A stretch of DNA of 64,000 bases from Takakia lepidozioides. Lineage: Eukaryota > Plantae > Bryophyta. The stretch covers positions 44,020,001-44,084,000 of the forward strand of contig CM060731.1 of the NCBI GenBank assembly GCA_030704615.1, in the 5' to 3' direction. A program made the translations under genes and the position numbers. The notes beneath the pieces were generated by a model. It searched no databases. It was not told where the DNA came from and saw nothing but the letters and a program-made list of their open reading frames with translations. This document shows positions 47,760 through 59,744 of the stretch, in pieces; position 1 is the stretch's first letter; every line of letters starts with the position of its first letter.

Positions 47760-49006
47760 AAAACGGGCTTTTCGCGAGGCGCACTCTTTCTCTCTCTACA
47801 GTAGGAACTCGGAGAACGGTAACAAGAGAGGGAGTCAGCAGTGTGTAAAAGCTCCTTATGCATCAAACGCGAGAGACTGTGTGTGTGAGGAGAGAAAAAA
47901 TGAGAGACTTATCGCGACGTTGTCCATGTCCCGGGTTGCATCGGACGGTCCACGTCCATCCAATGGCAGAGATGGGATGTGGACACGTCGTTTTTTTTCA
48001 AAATAAAAACTAGGGTATAAAGTAACCATTACCTTAGTGTCCCTAACAACTGCTGATTGCTGACATAACAGTCAGTGAGGGGCTATTGTAATCTAAGGAC
48101 GTCGTTTATGTAACACCAGCGAGACAACACAATGGAGGCTACGTTGGGCCACGAACGAGGGGGAGCGCAATGCAAGTGTTACTTGAGCAAATGAGGAGCT
48201 AAGAATGTGAGCCAAACAATGAAGAAGGAGGGGAGCACTGCATGTAGAGTAGTGGAGCGTGGAGACTGCATTGACTGACCCAGGACTGCCCTTCTGTTGC
48301 CATTGTAACAACCAGGCATTGTTCTTGGCTATTCTTTGGGCACGGAAGGCTTCGTATGCGAGCATCCCATCCTCTTCTCCTGGGGTAAGTGACTCCTCTT
48401 CTCCCCCACCATTAGCTTCAGCAATGGCTCTTGCCAAATCGCCTCCAGTGTAATTGTCATTCTTGTGTTTGGGTTGCGTTCACTATCTGCCATAGAAGGA
48501 CTCTCGGCCTTTTGCAAAAATGGGAAGAGAGAGTATAGTACTACACCCTACAATGTCAACATTCACTGCTGATTGATGACTTAGGTTGTAGATACAAGCA
48601 CATGACAACAAATGGGCTGACGCTTGATGCCAAGAAAAGATGCAACGAATGGGCTGGGGTGCTGCTCAACACCTTAAAGATATCCAATCTTAAAGCAATA
48701 TACCTTGTAACTAGAAGTAGGGTTTGCTAGCTCATTAAATGAGTGGTTAAATCCGTTCCAAATATTACTAGGAAGGTGGTTTGTAGATGACAACAGTCAT
48801 GTTTTTCCATTTTCTGCACTGTCACAGTCATACTCACTCTTAGTGTAGTTGTAAAGTAGAATGATGACCTCTAAAACAACCACTCACAAAGTGGTTTTTT
48901 TACAAGTCTGTGAGTAGTGACAGTAGGTTGATGTAAGTCCTTCTTAGGGACTTAGTCTATTAATCATGATTCTCCCCCTCATACCAGGCAAGGAATTCCT
49001 TAGCAT

Positions 49007-52000
49007 CATGGAGCCTAACAGAGCGGCTGCCACCTGCTCCAGTGTCGAGAGCGTGACGATGCTCTTTGGCAACGTGAAGAGGCCCGGTGTCGAGAGTATG
49101 GTATCAACAAGTGCACATGCCCTTGCAGGAAGTGTAAGGGTGGAGGACGACCTGTCGCGTTAGACAAAGTGAGAAAACATCTAATGGACAACGACAGATC
49201 CCCTGCGTTCAGATCCTGGAGAGGAGCAAGGAGGCATGCTTCTGACGATGAGTGGGAAGAGGAGGCCATGGAGGTCGGTCAGGACGTAGCTTCAGCAAAT
49301 GGAGGGATTAATCGGGATCGTGTTGCCGGAATCGCAGGACAGCCTCACCGGACACATGGACAACTGGACATGAATGTTGAGGTGCAGCGCATGATCCAAG
49401 AGACCTTTCAGATCATAGACACACATGAAATTGCAAATGGGCCAGAAGTGGAGTTAGATGATATAGATGTTCAATGTGACACAAACACCCCAGAAGAAGC
49501 CCATGACCCGGTTGCGGGTGGGGACTCTCGCACTGATGATCCCATGTCATTGGAAGAGGCATGTCTACCTTTTTATGAAGGCTGTAAATCCTCTAAGCTT
49601 GCAGCCACCATGCTTATAATGAATCTATGCGCAACACATGGGGTTACAAATGGCTTTGCGGAGAAAATGTTCTCTTTGCTGCAGAAAACCTTGTTGCCAC
49701 AACCAAACGTACTACCCACATCTTTCTACCATGCAAAGACCATGGTGAGCAAGCTTGGGCTTGCTTATGAGAAGATCGATGCTTGCCCAAAGGGGCGTGT
49801 GTTGTTTAGGGGGGACTTGAAAACTTCAGAGAGTTGCCCCAATTGTCAAAGCGTACGATTTAAAAATGTGGGGAGATCCAAGGTACCTGTTAAGGTGCTT
49901 CGACATTTTCCATTGATACCGCGCCTTTTGCGTATGTATAGATGCTCTTCTATTGCAGAATTAATGACCTGGCACAGTCGGAATGCAAGCAACGATGGCC
50001 TTGTGCGCCATGCAGCTGATTCAAAGGCTTGGAAACACATTGATGCTACTTGGCCCGACTTTGCAGCAGAGCCTCGCAATGTAAGGCTTGGTTTTTCCTT
50101 CGATGGAGTCAACCCGTTTGGTGATAAGAACAATTGCTAGTCAACATGGCCAGTGTTTGACACTGGTATACAACCTACCTCTGTGGCTCACTACAAAGAA
50201 GTTCTTTGTCATGCTTACTCTCTTGATTCCAGGAAAGCAGTCAGTTACAAGTGAGCACATAGATGTGTACTTAGCACCACTGATGGAGGAATTACTTGTT
50301 TTGTGGAGGGGGGTTCGGGCATATGACATATGCAAACCTATTGGTGAGAGAACCTTCATACTACGCGCCATACTACTGTGGAGCATCCACGATTTTCCTG
50401 CTTATGGCCTACTTGTAGGATGTGTCACAAAAGGCTACAAAGGGTGTCCAATATGCGGTCCTCATATAGATGCAAGACACTCTAAAGTTTTGGGCAAAAC
50501 TGTCTATCAAGGTCACCGCAGGCTCCTCCCTCAGGCCCATCCATACCGCAGGAACCGCATACACTTCAATGGACAAGTGGAGATGCGTGCGAAGCCACAT
50601 CCGTTCACACCGGTTGAACAAGAGGCCATTGGTGTTGAGGCTGAAGGTTATGACCTTGACCCCCGTGCTTTTCCTGATGTTGAAGTTCATCCAGCCAAGG
50701 TTCATGGTATCAAAAGGCGCAGCTGCCTATGGGATTTACCATACTGGAAGGTACCCCCTGCACTTGTACTTGTTTGAGTTCAATGTTCTTTGTAAATGGA
50801 AAAGGTAGTGCCCCTGTAGTGGTTACTTCTTACTTTCCGAGTGGTAAAGTAGCAGTACTGCATGTAATTTGGACTTCAAATTAATAACTCGTGGAGTGGT
50901 CAGAGGTAGTATCCATGATGCTTTGGAAGTTGTTGACATCACTTGAAAGGCTAATAATGCACTAAATGAGTTGTTTGAACCACTAAGGAGGGACTGTCAT
51001 GCATCACAGCCACTTTAGACATGGAAGTATATAGTGCTCATAAAGGAATCTGACTTGTATAGGACTGCAATCTGTCCCTATGTTCCTGAAATGGTGTCAT
51101 GTATTGCAGGATATGTTGCAACGCTACTTACTGGATCCCATGCATTTTTGTGAAAACTTGCTGAAGACGATTTTCGGACGGAAGGACACGGTGAAGGTGA
51201 GGAACGACATGGAGGTAATTGGCATCAGACATCACTTGTGGCTTCGGCCTGATCCACAGAACCCTTCACGTATCATGAAACCAGCAGCACCGTATGTTCT
51301 CTCTCCCGCTGAAATCACGATATTTCTTAATACTTTGGGGGCTATCAAAACTCCTTCGGGATTTGCAGGTGCATTTCATAAACACATACACTCGTCTAGG
51401 AAACATTTGACGAGTATGAAGTCCCATGATTATCACGTTTTAATGCAACAGATTTCACCTGTGTGTATTCGCCATTGCATGGCTCCAGGCCCACGTGGGG
51501 TCTTTATGCGTGTGAGTCACATTTTCCGTCGAATTTGTGCCAAAGTATGGGACCCTAATGAAATAGATTCATTGCGTGAGGATGTTTGTTATAACCTTGT
51601 GTCTATTAGAGAAAGAGTTCCCCCCTTCTTTTTTTGATGTCATGACCCATTTGCTAGTTCATCTCGTAGATGAACTAGACACATGTGGTCCGGTGTCTTT
51701 ACGGTGGATGTATCCCATAGAGCGTTACATGAAAGATCTGAAGGGATACGTTAGGAATTACACAAAGCCAGAAGGGAGTATGGCTGCAGGGTATGTTCTT
51801 GATGAGGCCATGGGGTTCATGAGTGAGTATATGCAATCATTTGATGCAACTCAACGGCGGATTTGGGATGCAAATGCGGAGGAAGGGGCTGAGAACGAGG
51901 TCTTGGAAGGTGTCGGCAAAAAACGGGACATGAGTGGAGCTGAGAGAGATGCAGCACATTTGTATGTGCTGAACAATACCAATGTGATGGTTCCTTGGGT

Positions 52001-53146
52001 GCAGTGAGTTCTTCTTGTCATTGCACCTTCTCATATCAAGTTCAATTGCAATTGTGACTGACACCAATGTAATAAAACCACCCACAAAGTCACAAATGTC
52101 AGTGGTTCATCGTGATTATAACCACTTTTGCAATAACTGAATGTCTAAGTGAGTGACTTTTTGGAAGAGCATGTTCATTTACAAGTCATTCTGCTCACTC
52201 ATCCAGTGGTTTTCAAAGTATCATTCATGTTAGGTATTTTTTGCAAAGTAATGCAACACTTCATTGCTAACATGTGTCATTCTTGTTGCCATTTTGTGAC
52301 AGAAAGTATGCAACAGAGAAGGCACAGTTCACTGCAGACAGAGAGGCATGTGCTCGTGAGTGGCGTGCCAATCGTCGACGTCACCGCAGCCTTCCGGTGC
52401 CATACCCTCCCCATTTGTTGGAGTTTCCACCCCTACCGATATGGATACGCCGTGCAGTCCAGGCCCATGTCTCTGAGCATAGTGTTGAGGATACGGATGT
52501 AATTCATTTGTCTACTCCCCCCTCATTGAGATCAGCTTCATTTCGTGGCATGAAGACATATGGAAATCATTATCGAGTGGATGACACGGAGAGTCGTCTT
52601 CTTGTCTCTTTTGATTCTGGAATTGCATCCGTCTTCCAGCAACAGAGCAGAAATAGTGTGCGTGATAGAAATCCAGTCATGTCACCATTAGAGTACGTAG
52701 GGGTCATCAAAGAGATCTTGAAATTGGATTATAGACGAGTGCACCCCATTGAATTTCGTTGTGCTTGGGTGAGGGCCAACCTCGTTGGACAAAATGCTAC
52801 AATGAAGCGGGATTTGTATGGTTTTCTATTTGCGAATTTTGGGAGGATGTTACCCGCCAATGATCAGTCGTTCATCTTTCCATCTCAAGTTGAACAGGTG
52901 TTCTTTTCGGACGAGTCCCCAAGTTCGGAGTGGAAGGTAGTCCTTCGGAAGGATCCAAGAGCAAAAAGGATTGTGGCGGACATAGATCAATGTGACATTG
53001 GAGAAAATGTTGATTTCGATGGCCTTCAGGCACCGTCTACCTTATCAGATCAGCCAATACCTAGGTCATTAGATGGTGCCACGGCTCTAAATAAAGAAGA
53101 CCTGGCTATGTTGGCTACCATTCAAGCGATGTGGATCAGCAGATGA
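49007..53146 (+). pseudogene. CACTA transposase (TnpD/Tnp2) with a stop codon and frameshifts
   Basis: CPCRKC..VRKHL, KIDACP, LRHFPLIPRL, HAADSKAW, FDGVNPF, HDFPAY, CPIC, LWDLPYW, DPMH, MKSHDYH, FPPSFFDVMTHL, WMYPIERY and QVFF. TAG at 50138 and frameshifts near 50155 and 51580. Confidence 0.93.
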
Positions 53147-53376
53147 AGGAATAGGCTCTTTACCACCAGAGCGAAAAACTGGCCATAGCTTTTGGGTTCA
53201 TTAGCACACCCCCTAGGACCCCTATCCACATCATTAAAAACCTATGTGTATGTGGGGACTGCCACACTGGCACCAAGTTGATAGCCAAAATTGTTGCACG
53301 AGAAATTATTGCAAGGGATGTCATCTGCTTTCATCACTTCAACAATGGGGTGTGTTCTTGTGGGGACTACTGGTAA
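53128..53376 (+). pseudogene. DYW domain remnant, probably the 3' end of the interrupted PPR gene
   Basis: [81 protein letters not shown]; the HxE His is replaced by Q. Confidence 0.92.
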
Positions 53377-55269
53377 TAAACTCAGGGTAATACAGCAGCC
53401 AGAAAACACTCCAGACAGCTGTTTCACCTACCAAACTAAAAAATATCTTTCCCCAGGGTATGTTACCCACCTTCTGGTAAGGCCTTAAAGTTCTCCCAAG
53501 GTTATTTCCCTTGATTTAATACGAGTTACCGCATATATATAAAGAAAAATCAACCTTGTCAGGTGTGGTATGATCTTCTCCCCAACCCCCCCCCCCCCCC
53601 CCCCACCCCCCGGGGGTCCCATGAGCCTTGTGCTCGGTTAGTGATCCTGGATTCAATCCTTCAACATGTGCCTTCAAACCGACCATTGGCCTCTAGATGG
53701 CTGTGTTGAGCAGTAGGCTCTATAGATTCATTGGACATTAAAGAAAATTTATCTTTATCTTTATCAAAGAGGTTATTTTGTCCTCACCATAAGGAAGGGC
53801 CTGATTTGTGAGAAGTAGCTTCCCGTTTTTTCTTTTCTTTTTTTCCTTTTCTTTTTTTCCTTTTCTTTCTTTTGAAAGTCTTAGGTGTCTACCTATGGTA
53901 ATGCAACTTAGTCTTAGTGGCAATCTTTATGTGCTTCGTCAAACTCTGGGGATGCCGAAGAGGAGGGACCAGCAGAATTTCGGCCCTCTTTTCTTTGAAA
54001 AATAAAAATAACATAATAGCTTCGGCAACACTCCTCCGTTCTTCTTCCGAAAAACAATGAAATACAGAGTGTATGCATGGAATGACCCACTCCTTTTTGT
54101 GAAAATTGAACATAGGTCTTAGAATTCGTCGCTACGAAGCCCTAGTTTCTATAAAGAAATTTATATGTCATAGTTGTTTTGTTCTTTTGGACATGACTTC
54201 CTAGTAAGGCGCGAGTGTGCGTCCTCCGGGAAGTGCTGGGGTCAAATCTAGCTCGTGATGACCCCTGGGGTCCTTTCAATAGGACCCGCTCTATCCGGGG
54301 GTGACATGCCCATGAATGAGACTAGCCCTCTCTTCCTTGGGGTGACACACCCCCCTCATCAAACAAACCCTCTTTTGTTTGGTCCATTCGTCCATTCCCA
54401 AGCCCATATTATGATTGCGATGGCTGGGGCTTCGTGCTTGGCTGATGTGCTGCGAAAATCTACAAATGTGCAAGTACAAATCCTGGAGAGGATTATGTAT
54501 AGTTCTCAGAATAGGGTGTTAATTACTGAACCTAGAACTTACTAATGCAAGTAATTTCCAAGAGGATTTCCATGTGCATACTGGTAAATATTCCAGAAAA
54601 CATATCCAAGTTTTTCCAAAAAACCAAAAAATGTGGTAAAATGCAGAAAATGCAATATGTGGACCCCAGCGGATCACTACATAAGCCCAAACTTTTGACT
54701 CAACTGTTCAAGACCGAAAAAGGTATCTTGGTACAATGGCTGCTATTTACGAGTATATTTTTTCCAATATACCATTTTTCACAACATTGGACCAGCTGTA
54801 GTTGATCATCCCGTTATACGGTTAGAGCCGGTGATCCAAGTGTGTCTCAACACGTCATAAATACGTAGGATTCAAAATACATACATGTATATGCCATAAA
54901 TTCTCATTATGACCCAACCTTGTATATACACACTTGAGGTTAAATATTAATGGCGTTTCATCTCGCATCATCTATGTTCAATGGTGGTCGTAACGATACA
55001 TGCTTGTTTTCATCCAACTTAAAAGTCATCATCCTTAATCATTAACAATCATGCTTAACCCTTAATTTCCTACGGAAGATAATAGGAATAATGTAAGAAC
55101 TTAATGCGAGCGCGTCAGGACGGTCCAGCCCTGACACCCCGTACCGCCGGTTCTCCGCCTCTGGCAGCCATCGAAAGGCAGCCGGCTGGGCTCCGTCAAT
55201 CCCTCCCCACCCCCGCTCTCATCCCATCGGCGTCGTCGTTCTGTGACACCAGTCCGCCGCTTCCACCAG

Positions 55270-56372
55270 TTCCCTATAACCCCCTGCACGTCAGCCCCTG
55301 TAACCCCCGCCCCGGGTTTAACCCTCACCCCCATGTAACCCTCTGTAACTCCGCCGAGTGTAATCCACACCACCATGTAACCCTCTGTAACCCATGTAAC
55401 CCCATGACCCTCTATAACCCTCACCACCATGTAACCCTCTGTAACACCACAGAGTGTCACCCCCACCCCTATGTAACCCTCTGTAAAACTTTGCAACTCA
55501 GGTAATCCTCTGTGACCCTCTTAACCCATGTAACCCCATGACCCTCTGTAACCCTCACCACCATGTAACCTTCTGTAACCCATATAACCCTCTGTAACAC
55601 CGCAAAGTGTCACCCCCACCCCTATGTAACCCTCACTCCATGTAACCCTCTGTAACACTTTGCAACCCATGTAACCCTCTGTAACACCGCAGAGTGTCAC
55701 CCTCACCCCTATGTAACCCTCTGTGACCCTTTGTAACCCATGTAACCCTCCGTGACCCTCTGTAACCCTCACCACCATGTAACCCTCTGTAACACCGCAG
55801 AGTGTCACCCTCACCCCTATGTAACCCTCACTCCATGTAACCCTCTGTAACCCTTTGTAATCCATGTAACCCTCTGTAACACCGCAGAGTGTCACCCTCG
55901 CCCCCATGTAACCCTCTGTGACCATTTGTAACCTATGTAACCTTTTTGTGACCCTCTATAACCCTCACCACCATGTAACCCTCTGTAACCCCTGCAACCT
56001 TCTGTAACACCGCAGAGTGTCACCCTCACCCCTATGTAACCTCACTCCATGTAACCCTCTGTGACCCTCTGTAACCCTCACCACCATGTAACCCTCTGTA
56101 ACCCGTGTATCCATCTGTAACACCGCAGAGTGTCACCCTCATCCCTATGTAACCTTCACTCCATGTAACCCTTTGTAACCCATGTAATTCTCTGTAACAC
56201 CGCAGAGTGTCACCCTCACCCCTATGTAACCTCATCCCATGTACCCCTCTGTGACCCTCTGTAACCCTCACCACCATGTAACCCTCTGTAACCCATGTAA
56301 CCGTCTGTAACGCCGCAGAGTGTCACCCTCTCCCATATGTAACCCTCACTCCATGTAACCCTCTATAACTCT
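55270..56372. repeat. Higher-order tandem array built from TGTAACCC/TGTCACCC octamers
   Basis: Recurring TGTAACACCGCAGAGTGTCACCCTCACCCCTATGTAACCCTC. Confidence 0.95.
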
Positions 56373-57805
56373 GCCTTGTGTATATCATACACGTGTAAAC
56401 TATCCGACGCCCGAATGGAGGTTGAAATGGAGGCCAAAACCCTAATTTGCTCTCTCTATCCGTTTTTCAGATTCCTAGCTCGCTCGTTTTTTTGCTTTGG
56501 AGCATCAGCTTTCTGCAATTCCCGTGGCGCCCAATCGGCTTCACACATCAATGCAAAAGATTTGTAGTTCATTCAGTTCAGTATTGTCCTCCCAGCAACA
56601 TGCAAGACAACGCTTTCCGCGCAGCGATCCGGCAAATCTATTACTACGGTTTTCTCTACGATTGATGCAGTTGTCTCTATCCTTTTTCTTTCTCAATGTC
56701 ATTCTTGTTGTTTTGTCACCGTCCCCGATGGCTATGGTATTCCTGAGATCCGCATTAGGAAAGGGTTTTGTTTCTTTCGGTCTAGCCATGCAAGCAGCCG
56801 CTCATTTGACGGGGTGCCCATTCACTCACCTCTCGTGTATCTTTTGTTCACACACCAGCCAGGGCAGTCTACTCATCGCTATTCTGGATGCAATACGTAT
56901 CGAATCCTGCGTGTTCTGCAAGCACTGTCAACCGGTTACATGTCTGATGGTTTATATGACTGCGTCACGTGTGTTATGGTTACACACATGGGGTTACACG
57001 GTGTGTTTTCTTTCTCAATACATGGTGGCTTGGTAGACGGTTTAGTAATGGAGGTTTAGATGGGGTTGACATGTTTGATGGGTTACGTGGATATTGCGCT
57101 CGTGGAGCCACATAGGCTAGGGTTACATGGGTGGGGCGTTACATCGACCATGTTTACCTGGAGGTTGCATACTAATGGTTTGATATGACAGGGTTACATC
57201 GATGTTGTGTTCTGGACTAGGGGTACATGAGGTTGTGACGAAGGGTTACATCATATGTGGGTACATGACGTAGGGTTACACTCGACGTGTCTCGCATGCG
57301 GGTAACGGCCGGTTTGTCGCGCTCACAAGTATAGGGTTACGGGTTACATTCCGCTATTCCGGGTGACACCGGGATTGCAACTTATACACGTGTGAGTCAG
57401 TGCAGATGTAATTGATTGCAAGCCGCCAAATTTTAATGAACCGCCGTCTTTCGCTTAACCGACGTGCCTTACGGGTGACATCTAGCTAGCTTCGTTCTTT
57501 GTTCTTTGATCATTGTTCAGTTTTTCCCTTCTCGCAGCCCTTTCCTATTATTCCTGCACTCCTTGTTGTGCGTGCTCCCTGCTGTGCGTTCTTCGGAATT
57601 CTCTTGGTCTTGTCTTGTCTTGTCTTGTCTTGCTCTTGCTCTTCTCTTCTCTTTTGTCAGCTTTTTCTTTTGCCATGGCTGATTGTTATCTGTTCCCTGG
57701 AGAGGCTACTATTCCATTTGATCACTTGAAGAGGGATGGCGAACAAGTTCGCTTCTGGTACACTGAGCATGAGCATGCTACCACACCAGGTGTAGAGAAG
57801 CCAAG

Positions 57806-58435
57806 GTGGAGGGAGCAAAGGGCCGGCCTAAGTTCAAATGTCCTTACTGTGGGGAAGTAAAGGTAGATAAGAGCAGATTGAATCGGCATATTGTCGATGG
57901 AACGGCCGTATGTATGGCCAGACCGAAAGGAACAAAACCGTTTCTTGATGCGGAGCTCAAGCATGCCATGGCTGTTGAAAATGTGGTGAATTTTGTTCCA
58001 GCTTCTTCTGTTGATGCATATCATGCATGGATTCTGCAAAATAGGGTGGCTTTGGGTGAGATTGCAGATCCTATTGAAGTGCCCGCTGTTGTACCTTCTT
58101 CGGCTACTTCTGCTACAAAGGTTCCATCTTCTGGTGCTCCTGCTGTTTCTGTCCCTGGTCCTTCTGTTCGGCAGGTTCCTAATGAGAGAGACAAGCGGCG
58201 ATTGAGCCCGCCTCTACCTGTCCCTATTGCAAAGAAAATCAACATTGGAAACCGGGGAAACCGGAGCTCAAGGTTCATCTTGCGAAAGCGAACTCCAGGC
58301 TCAATCCTTTTGCTACCGCATGGCCTTATTCTTCAGTTCCCATTTCCGAATGTCAATGAGAAAGGGTTTTGGCCGGCATTCCAAGAATTTGTTGCGCAAG
58401 GCGAGGGCATAGTCCATGCGACAGCTGCAAAATAA
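57806..58435 (+). CDS. Zinc-finger-containing ORF of unknown function (TE-borne, probably partial or spliced)
   Basis: GRPKFKCPYCGEVKVDKSRLNRHIVDGTAVC (C2H2/C2HC-like) followed by a Pro/Ser/Ala-rich linker and basic patch. Confidence 0.45.
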   Translation: MEGAKGRPKFKCPYCGEVKVDKSRLNRHIVDGTAVCMARPKGTKPFLDAELKHAMAVENVVNFVPASSVDAYHAWILQNRVALGEIADPIEVPAVVPSSATSATKVPSSGAPAVSVPGPSVRQVPNERDKRRLSPPLPVPIAKKINIGNRGNRSSRFILRKRTPGSILLLPHGLILQFPFPNVNEKGFWPAFQEFVAQGEGIVHATAAK

Positions 58436-59744
58436 AGTTGGGTTCTATCGACGGACAATCAAGTTGGATTCCCTGTAATTTCTCTGTTTTTCAAATTTTG
58501 GGCTGTTGTCTATCCGTGTAACCCTTTGTGTTACCCCCCCTGTCTCTCTTGTGGCGTGTAACCCAGAGTGTAACCCACCTACAGAGGACCCCTTTTAAAA
58601 ATCCCTATGGTGTGTAACCCACAAAGTGTAACCCCGTGTAGCCCACCTTCCTTGTAACCCATTTTTCATGTGTAACCCCTCGTGCTGTAACCCTTTTATC
58701 TGGTGTAACCCCTCACACTGTATTGCGCAGGGAGCTCGACATCATCTTAGAAGCGATGATATGGACAGTGTTTTTGCTGCCCACAAGGCGTTTACAGCCC
58801 AGCGCCGCCCATCACTTTGCGATCCATCAGAAAGAATCGTTTATCCAGCTTTGGTGTTGTGGCCTCTTCAACGAATCACCAATAGAAAGCCACAATGGAA
58901 CTCCAATGAACCGTTTTAACTCATACATGCTCATGATGACACCACTTAATGGACAAGTTAATAACCACCGGCGCGCACTTTGAGAGCATTATCAAGTCGA
59001 GACAGGAAGAATGAATCTTAACATGTAGGAGAGGGGATCACATTCCGTGATCAACGATCCCAATTGAGTTTCACCTAGATCAACGATCAGGATTGAGTTT
59101 AATCCAAATGGACCTTGAGCTCCGTTTTCTTTAAGGTGGGAGGTTACTTTAAGGTCAATAAATGGTTATGTTAGTTGACTGACATGGTCCATGTTACTAT
59201 GTTGTTTAATCACTAAAGTGAAAGAGGATGCACACTTTTTGGGCATCTTTGGCTCCAGATAAAGTGATGCGCGTTTGGGCATCCAGTATATGAGAGACCT
59301 TGGGTCTGTAGTGCCTTGGTATCTCTGTAAGTGTTACTCCATCCACTGTCACCCCTCTCGTCGTGTAACCCCTTTGAGTGTAATTCTATAATCAGTGTAA
59401 CCCTCGCTATGTGGAACCCTGTACTCAGTGTAACCCTCGCTGTGTGTAACCCTGTAATCACTGTAACCCTCGGAGTATATAACCCTGTAATCAGTGTACC
59501 CCTAATGTTATCCCTCGCTGTGTTACCCTAGATTTGTTACCCTCTCGTTGTGTAATCTCACAAGTGTAACCCAAGTAGTGTAACCCATTGCAAACTACTG
59601 TCTCTAACAGGGTGGTGTAACCCACATTGTGTAATCCGAACCACTGTCTTGTCCTAGTCAGTGTAACCCTTACATAGTGTAACCCTTGCACTTTCAAAAC
59701 CCTCGTTCCACGACTAAAAACCTTTGTCTTTTCCCCGATGCAGA

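Larger units (their letters stand above)
42003..53127. mobile_element. Defective CACTA (En/Spm) DNA transposon with right end missing
   Basis: Begins CACTAGAGGAAAAA within a PPR S motif. Subterminal AACCAC/GTGGTT repeats at 42020-42280. Transposase at 49007-53146. No matching TAGTG terminus found before the DYW remnant. Confidence 0.88.

Noticed and set aside
55101-56277. VTEGY-repeat ORFs as real proteins
   Set aside because: They are translations of the TGTAACCC array, open in several frames and on both strands
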